64,000 bases of DNA. Origin: Candidatus Poribacteria bacterium (GTDB lineage Bacteria > Poribacteria > WGA-4E > WGA-3G). Of the stretch, positions 41,968-53,671 are shown piece by piece. The DNA is taken from positions 2,848,001 to 2,912,000 of the forward strand of contig OZ243938.1 of NCBI GenBank assembly GCA_965214095.1, given 5' to 3'. Numbering within the stretch: position 1 is the stretch's first letter; the number at the start of each line of letters is the position of its first letter. Made by a program: the position numbers and the translations under genes. The notes beneath the pieces are model-generated. The model was not told the DNA's origin, did not search any database, and saw only the letters and a list, made by a program, of their open reading frames with translations.

Positions 41968-43404
41968 CTAATGCATATCTACAGAAAAAATATAACTCAG
42001 TATTGTCACCAAGATATAAATTGCTACTAATACGACTCCAAATGGACGTTTCAATTGGCTTCCTGAAACGAAGATGCCGATTCGGAAGACGATCAGAATA
42101 ATCACCATTGCAGGAAATAGGAATTGGAAGAATTTGCCTGATGCTTGCAAACCTATAGGTGTCGCAGCCGCAGATACACCCGCAACAAAAAGCACATTCA
42201 GAATGTCCGCACCGATTATGTTGCCGACTGCCAACTCACCATGCCCGCGTCTGACTGCTGTGATCGCTGTTACAAGTTCCGGCAACGATGTACCAAATGC
42301 GACTAGGGTTGCTGCTACAATCTCCTCCGGAACATTAAATCTTATTGCAAGTGTTTTCACTGTTGGGATGAGAATTTGCGCGGAAATAACCACAATTGCA
42401 ATTGATCCGATAAGTTTAAATAGGGTAACAAACGTGCTTGATCTCTTGTGTTCTGTTTCTTCATCATTTTCAGGTTCAGGTTCAGACGTGATTGCACCTG
42501 CCCATCGAATAGATTGCCATATATATAAACCTAATAGAATAACGAAAACAATGCCTATGTATTGATGGAGAGTCCCGCCTTGACTGAATACTTTCGCTGG
42601 AGATGACCAAGGAAAACAGGCTAATACCATGAGAATACCAGCACTCACCTGAACATTGGACAAACGGGATGCTAACTCTCTATTGAACGATAAGGGAGCA
42701 ATCAGTGAAGCCAACCCTAAAATCAATCCTGTATCACATATAATTGATCCAACAGCATTGCCAAGAGCAAGTCCCGGTTCTCCTTGTATAGCCGATAGTA
42801 CGGAAACTGCCGCTTCGGGTGTTGTTGTTCCAATACTTACAATTGTCGCACCGATAACAGCCTTGCCTAACCCCCACTGCGAAGATAACACCACCGCCTC
42901 GTCAACAAGCCAATCTGCCCCTTTGCCGAGTGAAAAAAGACACACTGCAACAATCAATAAAAGTGGCAGGATGTGGACATTTCTTATTCTAAATTCCAAC
43001 CAATCTGCTTTGATAAGTCTTGCAAGTTCTGCGACTGCATCTTTGTCTTGCATCAGACTGTGGAAGTCTACGTCATTGAATATTGCTTGGACTCCGTTAT
43101 CTTCTTTTAAAAGCGTTATGAAGTCTTCATCTATTTTATCTGATATTTCCTTTAAATCTTCAGGGTTCGTAAACAATTGGGTTAGATCTTTCTGGATCAA
43201 TACTGTGTGAATTTCTGGTTCCTTAAATTCTTTTAAAGCATCGGACAGAACATTTTTTATTTTATTCTGTTTTAGTGTTTCCTTGTGACTCTCAAGTATC
43301 TTTTCAACCAAAGAGTCATCTTGGCCGACAGCTGATTGTATGACGAAACTCTGTAAAATACAAAACAATATAATTATACAACTGACATAAGTTCGTTTTT
43401 TCAT
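41968..43404 (-). CDS. Ca2+/cation antiporter (YrbG-like) with extra N-terminal exported helical domain
   Basis: Alpha-1 GTTTPE/GNAVGS and alpha-2 GTSLPE/GNIIGA repeats. About 135 extra N-terminal residues with signal peptide. Confidence 0.88.
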   Translation of the reverse strand: MKKRTYVSCIIILFCILQSFVIQSAVGQDDSLVEKILESHKETLKQNKIKNVLSDALKEFKEPEIHTVLIQKDLTQLFTNPEDLKEISDKIDEDFITLLKEDNGVQAIFNDVDFHSLMQDKDAVAELARLIKADWLEFRIRNVHILPLLLIVAVCLFSLGKGADWLVDEAVVLSSQWGLGKAVIGATIVSIGTTTPEAAVSVLSAIQGEPGLALGNAVGSIICDTGLILGLASLIAPLSFNRELASRLSNVQVSAGILMVLACFPWSSPAKVFSQGGTLHQYIGIVFVILLGLYIWQSIRWAGAITSEPEPENDEETEHKRSSTFVTLFKLIGSIAIVVISAQILIPTVKTLAIRFNVPEEIVAATLVAFGTSLPELVTAITAVRRGHGELAVGNIIGADILNVLFVAGVSAAATPIGLQASGKFFQFLFPAMVIILIVFRIGIFVSGSQLKRPFGVVLVAIYILVTILSYIFSVDMH

Positions 43405-43427
43405 TACTCCTCCGTGTTAGACTGATG

Positions 43428-43554
43428 ATACCAATTCTAACAAATAAAATAGCATTTATGAGGTCTCTGTAAGATGAATGTCCGAGGCGCAATGAATTGC
43501 GCGACTACAAACCAACTATTTCTTTAATGGTCCGTTCTTAATTAGAAATGGTAT
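43428..43554. mobile_element. MITE type C (ATACCAATTCTAA...TTAGAAATGGTAT) with REP hairpin
   Basis: 13-bp imperfect TIRs. Internal GCGCAATGAATTGCGC-GACTAC also seen near 21170 and 49805. Confidence 0.7.
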
Positions 43555-43575
43555 AAGACATTCTGTGCAAGACAA

Positions 43576-43600
43576 AGGCGGGGTACAGAGACCCCGCCCT
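43576..43600 (-). terminator. Intrinsic terminator after katG
   Basis: GGCGGGGT-loop-ACCCCGCC stem, then TTTG on the minus strand. Confidence 0.6.
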
Positions 43601-43616
43601 ACAATCAAATACTGGT

Positions 43617-45824
<2,208 letters not shown>

Positions 45825-45909
45825 CTACATTCTTACTCATCTATTCTTTGAAGTATTCTTCTATTAAGGGCTATTAAGGGTATCCTTAATCAACATTGTA
45901 GGTTTATTA

Positions 45910-45938
45910 ATTATACTTGTTATTGACCTTAATATCAA
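45910..45938 (-). promoter_or_regulatory. Sigma70 promoter of katG
   Basis: Minus strand TTGATA-N17-TATAAT. Confidence 0.7.
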
Positions 45939-45958
45939 GTATTTACTTTTTTGGGAGG

Positions 45959-45980
45959 GTGTGTAAAGTTTTTGCACCAT
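45959..45980. promoter_or_regulatory. Putative operator, imperfect palindrome (copy 1)
   Basis: GTGTGTAAAGTTTTTGCACCAT, 21/22 identical to 59215-59236. Confidence 0.55.
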
Positions 45981-45990
45981 AAACGTTAAT

Positions 45991-46085
45991 TTGTCTGAAC
46001 CAAGATTTTCAGGATTAGTAGATTTACAGGATTGTGAGTCTGAAGTTTCAGAGTGCTTTGATAGGATGAGCGGCTCCGATGTTGA
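45991..46085 (+). repeat. Dispersed GTCTGAACCAGGATT repeat (copy 4)
   Basis: Direct match to the 41792 copy. Confidence 0.85.
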
Positions 46086-46117
46086 TAAACAACATCCAAG
46101 CGGTTTTGAAACGATTA

Positions 46118-49100
46118 TTATTTCTGTGGTATTGCCTTATTGATTGTTAAATCATCAAAAGGTTGTCCGTTTTTGTCCGTAATGCGGAGGATAAAAGCAC
46201 ATGCGCCTTCAACATTACACACCTTCACGAGGATACTGTTCTTACCTTGTTTGAGTGTGACAGGAATGATATATGTATCAAGTCTAACAGCAAAGGTTTT
46301 AGTATGTGTGAATTCCTCTTTGCCGTTTAGCCATAATTTTCCTTGGTCGTCACTATCAAACCTTAGTTGGACTTCACGTTCATCAGGTGAGATAACGGTA
46401 GCGAAGGTGTAGAAGACTTGCCAATCAACATTCTTTTCACCGAGATGGATATAACCGTTTAACCCTGTATCGTTGAACTTTTTCCAACTGACTGGTCCAT
46501 TCTGTCCATCATATTTTGTAGTGAGGTCAATTTCCGTGATGTCTTCGGGTATGTATACAGTATCAAAGCCGGTCCCGCCTGCGTTGTCAAACGGACCAAG
46601 TTCCATCCATGCATCTTCTGTTATGAAACCAGTTTTTTGAATATGCTCATCTGCCTGTTCATGCAGACCATATTCACGATAATATTCGGCTAAACCGAAA
46701 TGTGTACCAATCCAAAGTCTCAGGCTATTGGGTTGATTTGGGTCAAGTTCAGCAATCATATTATCAATTTTTTGGATATACATATCTGCCTTTTCATTTA
46801 TGCCGTTATCCCGATAATATGTAATTAGACTGAGGTAGGCATTTAACTGAAGACTTAGACTTTCTGTCGTAAGGTTTCTCATTAGGATATCTATTTTCTC
46901 AATATGCTCATCTGCTTTCTCATCCATTCCATTATCGTGATAGAATTTAGCGAGAACAAGGTGTGCATTCAATTGGATGCTCCGACTATCTGCAAATGCG
47001 TCAATCAATTTATTTACCATGTCAGCGAAACCTTCTTTACCTTCAATATCTTTACCGATTTTGCCAATTCTTGCGAATAAATGACGGTGAAAACTTGGTG
47101 GTGTAATGACATTCTGTCCTCTCTGATAATCTGCAGCGGATAAGTATTTCACAAATTCCCCATACGCGTGTTCATACCATTCATTAGCGAGATATATCTC
47201 ACCGTTCCACAGGACATGATCAGAGATTTTTGGCTTTTGTGCTGAATGTTCAAGGATTTGTAACACATTTTCAGGTGATTGTTCTTCAGTGGCAGGGTTC
47301 ACATTAGGTTTAAGTTCTTGATTCTCTGCGTATGCATTCCTGATTACTTGATCCCAATCCCACAGTAGAATATTACCGCCTCCAACACTGAGAAGCGTCT
47401 TATGATCTGGTAAAAATATCAAATCTCCCACAGCCACGGAATGTCCATCAAGTGTGATAAGTTTATCTCCGGTCGCTACATCCCACAACCGAATTTTCCC
47501 ACCCCAGTAACCGACAATAAGTACTTTATTATCTGGTGAAAAGATAAATGTATCTCCATCTTCTTCTTCAGAAAAAAGCAATTCCTTAAAGTGAGGTTGT
47601 TTCGCTCTTCCTATGATACGTATCCGTTTCGTACTGCGGACAGCAATTAACGAACTGTCTGAAGAAAATACAAACTGATGTATAGGTTCTCGTTTTTTAT
47701 CGTTATCTGTCAATTCTGGAAAGAAAGAACTTAACTCCGTTCCAGTTTCCGTATCCCACAGTTGTACATGTCCACCTGATGTACCACTGACAATCCTCTC
47801 CCCATCTGGTGAAAATTCTACAGTTCTGATAAAAGGTTTGTCTTCATCGGAATCTTCATCAATGTCTGAGGTAATTATTTCACGTTTTTCACCGGTTTCT
47901 ATATTCAACAAGTAGATTTTATTGACAGCACCTTGTGCTAAGATTTTTCCATCAGGCGAAAACACCTCTCCAACACCCCATGGGAAAGACTTTAGTTCAC
48001 GTCCTGTGTTAACATCATTCAGACGTAGTACCCAATCATTAAAGTGTGGCTTAGTCGGGTCGGTTTGTTTACCGTGATTGAGCAGTTTGGTTCCATCTGG
48101 TGTGAACACATACGTTCTGTAAGTATTCCAATACAAATGTCCCTCAAGTACTGCTTTGATTATAGAAGTTGTTTTTTGAGTATTCTTCAGATCCCAAACA
48201 GTGATTATACCTTTGTTTGATACACTCACAAAACTTGTTCCATCATTTAATGCAGCTGTCGATCTTATCCACATGTGTCCAGTAATTTTGTTCTGTACTG
48301 GTCTTCTTGTCTCAATATCCCAAAATCGGACTGTACCATCGGCACTCCCGCTTGCGAGTGTTTTGCCATCTGGTGAAAAAGTTAATTGTTCAACAATGCT
48401 GAGATGACCTGTGAAGGTAGCAATAAATTCCCCTGTAAGACTGTTCCACAATTTGATAGTACTATCTTCACTACCACAAGCAAGCAGTGAACCGTCTGGA
48501 GAGAATGCCAATGAAGACGGTCTACTGTTCCTCTCGTTCTTCATAGGGTTTCCTACGATCTCTTTTCCATTTTCCGTTGATACACTCCACATGTTCCCTT
48601 CTATAGGCTTTTGTAGAACAATTAACTCTGCTCCTGTGGTTGTATCCCATATTTGTACTGTAGTATCCAGATTTCCAGTAGCGAGTTTTGTTCTGTCTGA
48701 AGAGAATTCCATAGTCAGTGCTTTGTTTGTCTTAGTGAAATAATTAGGCAAACTAACTTCTTTCCCAAATTTCCTAAACGTTGTTAACTTCTTACCTGTC
48801 GTAGTGTCCCACAACTCAATTTTTCCATCATTACTTCCGATAGCGATTCTATCTTCTGTAAGTGCGTAACTTTCAAGGTGCATGTATCCAGGTCTTTTTC
48901 CCAGATTTGTCGTTATCGTCTCTCCAGTTTCTACATCAATCCAATATATGTTTTCTCTTGACATGCTGAGACATACAAGCGTTTTGCTATCATTTGTGAA
49001 CCGCAACGTTTTCGCAGGAGGCAACTCATCTTGTAACGCTACTTTTCTCCCTGTAGTAACTTCCCGTATTTCAATTCCTGTTTCAAGCGGACTCCCACCA

Positions 49101-49639
49101 AAACTGGTGACTGGGTCTCCACCAGCAGATGCCATAAAGCGACCATCAGGTGAATACGCAATTGCTCTACTCATTCCGAGTAATAATGAAATCTCTTCAC
49201 CTGTTGCCACATCGTAAATCCAGACACCGGTATTACTACCCACTACCATTTGTCTGCCATCTGGTGAAAACTGAATTGTTCCCAGTCCTCCCTTTCCCAG
49301 ACGCATTTTCGCTCCTTTTGGCAGATTCCATTGTGGATAATTCTCCATTTTATTTTCTTCATCTGCGTCTACAGATGGTGGTTGTGTATTATCAGGTTGT
49401 TTTTTAGTAACAGGATTTTCTTGTTGCGCGAAAGCATTTCCTTGGAATAGTGCAAAATTATTGCCTTTTCCAAAACCTAACATCATTAACACTACCACGC
49501 AGGAAACGGTAGCGGTTAACCATGGGACAAATGGATTACTTGTAGATGGGGCAACAGGTTTTGTTTGTGAAATCTCACACATGATTTTGTCAGTAAGATT
49601 TGGTGTGATTTTGAATTTTGCTAATGCTTTTCTTATCAT
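46118..49639 (-). CDS. Membrane-anchored WD40 protein with helical repeats and C-terminal beta-sandwich domain
   Basis: TM segment, QWNLPKGAKMRLGKG, many WD40 repeats, 3 TPR-like repeats, then WMELGPFDN...SDDQGKLWLNG...LKQGKNSILVKV. Confidence 0.85.
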   Translation of the reverse strand: MIRKALAKFKITPNLTDKIMCEISQTKPVAPSTSNPFVPWLTATVSCVVVLMMLGFGKGNNFALFQGNAFAQQENPVTKKQPDNTQPPSVDADEENKMENYPQWNLPKGAKMRLGKGGLGTIQFSPDGRQMVVGSNTGVWIYDVATGEEISLLLGMSRAIAYSPDGRFMASAGGDPVTSFGGSPLETGIEIREVTTGRKVALQDELPPAKTLRFTNDSKTLVCLSMSRENIYWIDVETGETITTNLGKRPGYMHLESYALTEDRIAIGSNDGKIELWDTTTGKKLTTFRKFGKEVSLPNYFTKTNKALTMEFSSDRTKLATGNLDTTVQIWDTTTGAELIVLQKPIEGNMWSVSTENGKEIVGNPMKNERNSRPSSLAFSPDGSLLACGSEDSTIKLWNSLTGEFIATFTGHLSIVEQLTFSPDGKTLASGSADGTVRFWDIETRRPVQNKITGHMWIRSTAALNDGTSFVSVSNKGIITVWDLKNTQKTTSIIKAVLEGHLYWNTYRTYVFTPDGTKLLNHGKQTDPTKPHFNDWVLRLNDVNTGRELKSFPWGVGEVFSPDGKILAQGAVNKIYLLNIETGEKREIITSDIDEDSDEDKPFIRTVEFSPDGERIVSGTSGGHVQLWDTETGTELSSFFPELTDNDKKREPIHQFVFSSDSSLIAVRSTKRIRIIGRAKQPHFKELLFSEEEDGDTFIFSPDNKVLIVGYWGGKIRLWDVATGDKLITLDGHSVAVGDLIFLPDHKTLLSVGGGNILLWDWDQVIRNAYAENQELKPNVNPATEEQSPENVLQILEHSAQKPKISDHVLWNGEIYLANEWYEHAYGEFVKYLSAADYQRGQNVITPPSFHRHLFARIGKIGKDIEGKEGFADMVNKLIDAFADSRSIQLNAHLVLAKFYHDNGMDEKADEHIEKIDILMRNLTTESLSLQLNAYLSLITYYRDNGINEKADMYIQKIDNMIAELDPNQPNSLRLWIGTHFGLAEYYREYGLHEQADEHIQKTGFITEDAWMELGPFDNAGGTGFDTVYIPEDITEIDLTTKYDGQNGPVSWKKFNDTGLNGYIHLGEKNVDWQVFYTFATVISPDEREVQLRFDSDDQGKLWLNGKEEFTHTKTFAVRLDTYIIPVTLKQGKNSILVKVCNVEGACAFILRITDKNGQPFDDLTINKAIPQK

Positions 49640-49842
49640 GGTTCGTGCTTCCTCAAACTTTGTTTTTTGGGGTTAAGGTGACTGTATACGGTCTATGTTA
49701 GTATACGTAGAACTCACCTTTTGTCTGAATCGCGGAATAAGAGGTGTCTCACAGTTTTGGTCAACATGGGTGATTATATGGTAGATTTCAGAGCAAATGT
49801 AAGAGGCGCAATGAATTGCGCGACTACGAACGTGTTTTTTGT

Positions 49843-50008
49843 TATAGTTAAAACCGTAATTATTTACACACTACGGTAGGTTCGGTTTCCTAACCGAACC
49901 GGTGTTTGTTCAGTCTCGTAGTCAGGCAGAATGCGCGTATGGCATTCTGCATTGGTTAGTAAACCGCATCTACTGGGAAGTGTGCACGGATTTTTACATT
50001 TCGCTATA
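49843..50008. mobile_element. MITE type B (copy 2) with an additional nested hairpin
   Basis: Matches 41282-41419 plus inserted GTAGTCAGGCAGAATGCGCGTATGGCATTCTGC. Confidence 0.72.
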
Positions 50009-50049
50009 ATGAGAATCGATCAATTAGAAATGGTATTATATATGTATTG

Positions 50050-50137
50050 AAAAAGCAAAGGTGCTGCCTAACAAATGGTATGGTATAGTGCTGATGATTG
50101 CAGCTTCCACCTATCAATTGTTATTAGACAACACCTT
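50050..50137 (-). terminator. Long imperfect hairpin plus U-tract ending the ferredoxin cluster
   Basis: AAGGUGUUGUCUAA...UUAGGCAGCACCUU stem followed by UGCUUUUU on the minus strand. Confidence 0.6.
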
Positions 50138-50172
50138 AGTTTTGACTTACATTCTGTCAATTCGGTGTTATT

Positions 50173-50436
50173 TTACTCGAAATAGTCAGCGTTGATTTCA
50201 ATGAAATGCTCCCATTCCTCTGGAACATCTTCTTCCATGAAGATAGCCTCAACGGGACATTCCGGTTCACACACGCCACAATCGATGCATTCTTCGGGAT
50301 CAATATAGAGCATTTCAACTTCTTCAAAGTCGTCAGGTGCATCTGTTGGATGTGGGTGAATGCAATCTACTGGACACACATCAACACAAGAACTGTCTTT
50401 TTCGTCAATGCAAGGTTCGCAAATTACATAGGTCAT
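50173..50436 (-). CDS. Dicluster (FdxA-like) ferredoxin 3
   Basis: CEPC-x7-CVDVCP and CIDCGVCEPECP motifs; acidic. Confidence 0.93.
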   Translation of the reverse strand: MTYVICEPCIDEKDSSCVDVCPVDCIHPHPTDAPDDFEEVEMLYIDPEECIDCGVCEPECPVEAIFMEEDVPEEWEHFIEINADYFE

Positions 50437-50478
50437 ATTGTAGTTCTCCTTTCAAGTGATATAAGATAATTTTTTCAC

Positions 50479-50757
50479 TTAAACACTGGGTTGTTGTTCG
50501 TAATAATCAGCGTTTATTTTTATGTAATGCTCCCATTTTTCGGGAACATCCTCATCAAGAAATATAGCCTCCACAGGACATTCCAGTTCACACACGCCAC
50601 ATTCAATACATGTATCCGGGTCAATAAAGAGTTGGTTTACACCTTCAAAATCGTCTGCTTCATACTCAGGGATTGGTCTTATGGATTCACAGGGGCAGAC
50701 ATCTACACAAGAAGCGTCTTTTTCGTCAATACAAGGTTCACAAATTACATAAGTCAC
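50479..50757 (-). CDS. Dicluster ferredoxin 2
   Basis: CEPC...CVDVCPCES and CIECGVCELECP. GTG start with RBS. Confidence 0.92.
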   Translation of the reverse strand: MTYVICEPCIDEKDASCVDVCPCESIRPIPEYEADDFEGVNQLFIDPDTCIECGVCELECPVEAIFLDEDVPEKWEHYIKINADYYEQQPSV

Positions 50758-50809
50758 TGTGTGCTCTCCTATTATTATATACTATTTTCCTAATTTGTCA
50801 AATAAATGT

Positions 50810-51076
50810 TTATTCTTGAAAGTAATCAGCGTTTATTTCTATGAAATGTTCCCACTCTTCTGGCACTTCATCATCTACAAAAATTGCTTCAACAGGACAT
50901 TCTGGAACACAAGCATGGCAGTCAATGCATTCTTCTGGGTCAATGTAAAGTTGTTCTACTTCTTCAAATTTGTCTGGGTCTCCATCTTTCATTGGGTGAA
51001 TGCACTCAACTGGACACACCTCAGCACAAATATGGTCTTTTACGTCAATACATGGTTCGCAAATTACATAAGTCAT
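50810..51076 (-). CDS. Dicluster ferredoxin 1
   Basis: CEPC...CAEVCPVEC and CIDCHACVPECP motifs. Confidence 0.93.
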   Translation of the reverse strand: MTYVICEPCIDVKDHICAEVCPVECIHPMKDGDPDKFEEVEQLYIDPEECIDCHACVPECPVEAIFVDDEVPEEWEHFIEINADYFQE

Positions 51077-51169
51077 TTTCTATTCTCCTTTTATATGTTT
51101 GCTAATTACATTCGTTTATATTAGGTTGAATTCTGCATGCGATTATTTCCGACAAGGCAATGTATATGT

Positions 51170-51913
51170 TCAAATCAGTGGTAGAGCAGTATTCACTTGA
51201 GCAGAATGCCAATGTAATTTCTTGTTCTCAACGTCATTAGAGTAAGTATAACCACCTTGAACAAAACGGATACCTACCATTATCTCTAACCGCATAGCAA
51301 TTTCCTTCACCTCGGCGATATCTATTTCCACGTCTTTATCTTTCTCAACAAAAAAACCATTATGGAGTAAGCGGACTTGTAACCCATGTTCTTTCAGTGA
51401 AGTTGCCAGACGATTTGCTAATGTTTCTACATCAGAATACTGAAGTTCAGCACCGTCTTTCTGATTATATAAACTAAATCCGTTATGACGCACTTCAACG
51501 TGTAAACCTTCTTTTTCTACCAGCAATTCCAGTTGGGTCATATCCTCATCACGATAGATGATTCCCTCATTTGCCAAAACTTGCAATTCATACTCACGAT
51601 CAACTACTTTCAAGGGAAGTGTCCGTTCTGCGATTAAGGATGTGAGTATTTCCTTTATTTCTGGTGCACGATGTGTTTCTAATGCAAGACAAGTTATCGC
51701 ATCTTCCATATTGGACGTAGTTCTTCCAACGGAAATAGAATGACTCTTTCCACAACCGTTCATCCATTGCTTTATTATTTTGTCCATACCTTCTTGTGTT
51801 TCTTGAAAAGCATTGTCACTAACCAATTGTGGACCACTATTATAAGCAACGATTGATAGTCCAAGTTCATTGATTAGATTGTCTATTACTTTTTTGACAT
51901 CATTTGGATTCAT
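51170..51913 (-). CDS. Uncharacterised repeat protein, paralog 4 (MxPNxV family)
   Basis: Homologous to the three upstream ORFs. RBS GAGG. Confidence 0.8.
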   Translation of the reverse strand: MNPNDVKKVIDNLINELGLSIVAYNSGPQLVSDNAFQETQEGMDKIIKQWMNGCGKSHSISVGRTTSNMEDAITCLALETHRAPEIKEILTSLIAERTLPLKVVDREYELQVLANEGIIYRDEDMTQLELLVEKEGLHVEVRHNGFSLYNQKDGAELQYSDVETLANRLATSLKEHGLQVRLLHNGFFVEKDKDVEIDIAEVKEIAMRLEIMVGIRFVQGGYTYSNDVENKKLHWHSAQVNTALPLI

Positions 51914-51945
51914 GGTTCGTCCTCTTGCTGCAAAGTTTGTTTCGT

Positions 51946-52782
51946 TTAATAAGGGCGCGAAGTAAAGAGAGTTACAGTATTCCAGTTTATTTCAGATGTC
52001 CATTCGGGTTTTACATCCTTTTCAGGCCCCATACCATAACCACTTGCGGAGTATGCAATACCTGTCATTAACATTAAACGGGATGCCAATTCCTTTACCT
52101 CCGCGATATCTACTTCATCTTCTTGGTTCTTCTCTAAATTGAAACCATTCTGAATTAATCTCACTTGCGTTCCGGACTTTTCTATTACCGAATGCAAACG
52201 ATCTACTATTTTCTGAACCTTTGAGAATTGGATGTCAGGAGAACCATTCTCTGTTCGCGTTAAATCAAAACCACCATGGTAAACTGGAACGTTTATGTCT
52301 TCTTTTTTAAGTAAGGTTTCTAATTCAATCATTTCCTCATCACGGTAGTTCTTTACATCAGCAAGAATAAACACATGAAACCCACGATAGAATATTTCAA
52401 GTGGTAAATCTCGTTCTGCAATTAAGGTTTTCAAGATCTCCCTCACTTCTGAAATTCGTTGTGTGTCTGAAGCGAAGTATTCTATTTCTTCACAAATCTC
52501 AGATATAGTTTTTCCTATAGAGATATGGTGGTTTCTATGGTTTTTGTATAAACCGAAAAATTCCCTAGTCTTAGCAAACCATTCTTGCACTGCTTGAGGA
52601 ATTTCGTCGTTTTCATCTCTATCCAGATCCATCCACAGTTGAAGTATATTCTCCAGCCGTTCTCTTGAAACTACCGATTCGTCTTTGCTCACCAATAAAG
52701 GACCGCAATTGAACAGTGTAACGGGTAAGGCAAAATCGCTAATTGAAGATTTCAGTAATTTCTTAACATCATTTGGATTCAT
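51946..52782 (-). CDS. Uncharacterised repeat protein, paralog 3
   Basis: MNPNDVKKLL, ILKTLIAERDLPL, DIAEVKELASRL. Confidence 0.8.
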   Translation of the reverse strand: MNPNDVKKLLKSSISDFALPVTLFNCGPLLVSKDESVVSRERLENILQLWMDLDRDENDEIPQAVQEWFAKTREFFGLYKNHRNHHISIGKTISEICEEIEYFASDTQRISEVREILKTLIAERDLPLEIFYRGFHVFILADVKNYRDEEMIELETLLKKEDINVPVYHGGFDLTRTENGSPDIQFSKVQKIVDRLHSVIEKSGTQVRLIQNGFNLEKNQEDEVDIAEVKELASRLMLMTGIAYSASGYGMGPEKDVKPEWTSEINWNTVTLFTSRPY

Positions 52783-52869
52783 GGTTTATCCTCTTTTGAT
52801 AGATTGTTGTTCTTAAGCTTTGAGTCGTTCAGATCAACATGAATGTGAATTCCGTACCTGAGTTGACAA

Positions 52870-53613
52870 CTATGGCAAAGCAGTATTTATATCTGCATGT
52901 GTCCAGTGGATTTTTGTATCCAAGCCTGGCACTTTGTACCCGTAGTCTCCTTGGATATATCGGATACCTACCATAACACCTAATCGATATGTGAGTTCCT
53001 TCACTTCTGCAATCTCTATTGCGTCTTCTTGACTTTTGATCAGTTTAAAACCATCATGGAGTAAATATACATGTAGTCCGTGTCTTACCAAAAGAGACGC
53101 GAGATGATTTGCCAATGTATTGACTGCCGACAACATTACCTCAGGTCTATCTTCCTTCTGGCGTAAACTAAAGCCGCTATGACGTACTGGAATATCTAAA
53201 CCTTCCTCCTCCAAATATGTTTCCAGTGTTATCATATTTTCACTCCGATAGTCTATCCCTTCATCAGTTAGAATTTCTAATCGAAAACCTCTATCAACAA
53301 CAGTCAAAGGCAGTGCTTGCTCAGCAATTAGAGATTTCAATATATCCCATACCTCTGTTGTGCGATGTGTGTCTAAAGCAAGACACTTTGTTGCATCATC
53401 TCTCTTTTGCATAGGCAGTCCTACAGAAATGACCCAACTACAGTTATGTTTATTAGACCAGAAATTTAACAGATTCTTTACTCGTGATCGAGTTGAATAA
53501 CTTCCTGGACCGAAAATCAAAACAGGTCCATTGTGAGAAACAGACACATGGATAGGTAGATTGAGTTCAGCGATTAGAGTGTTTACAATTTCATAAACCT
53601 TGTTTGGATTCAC
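52870..53613 (-). CDS. Uncharacterised repeat protein, paralog 2
   Basis: GTG start after AAGGAG. ILKSLIAEQALPL, EIAEVKELTYRL. Confidence 0.8.
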   Translation of the reverse strand: MNPNKVYEIVNTLIAELNLPIHVSVSHNGPVLIFGPGSYSTRSRVKNLLNFWSNKHNCSWVISVGLPMQKRDDATKCLALDTHRTTEVWDILKSLIAEQALPLTVVDRGFRLEILTDEGIDYRSENMITLETYLEEEGLDIPVRHSGFSLRQKEDRPEVMLSAVNTLANHLASLLVRHGLHVYLLHDGFKLIKSQEDAIEIAEVKELTYRLGVMVGIRYIQGDYGYKVPGLDTKIHWTHADINTALP

Positions 53614-53671
53614 AATTCTGTCTCCTTTCTTTCAATCAGCATTGTTGTCAAATTTAGTGATACAGATCAAT

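Noticed and set aside
45826-45836. TACATTCTTAC match to the ECF promoter arm near katG
   Set aside because: Wrong strand for katG, and the TGTAACCTTT arm is missing.
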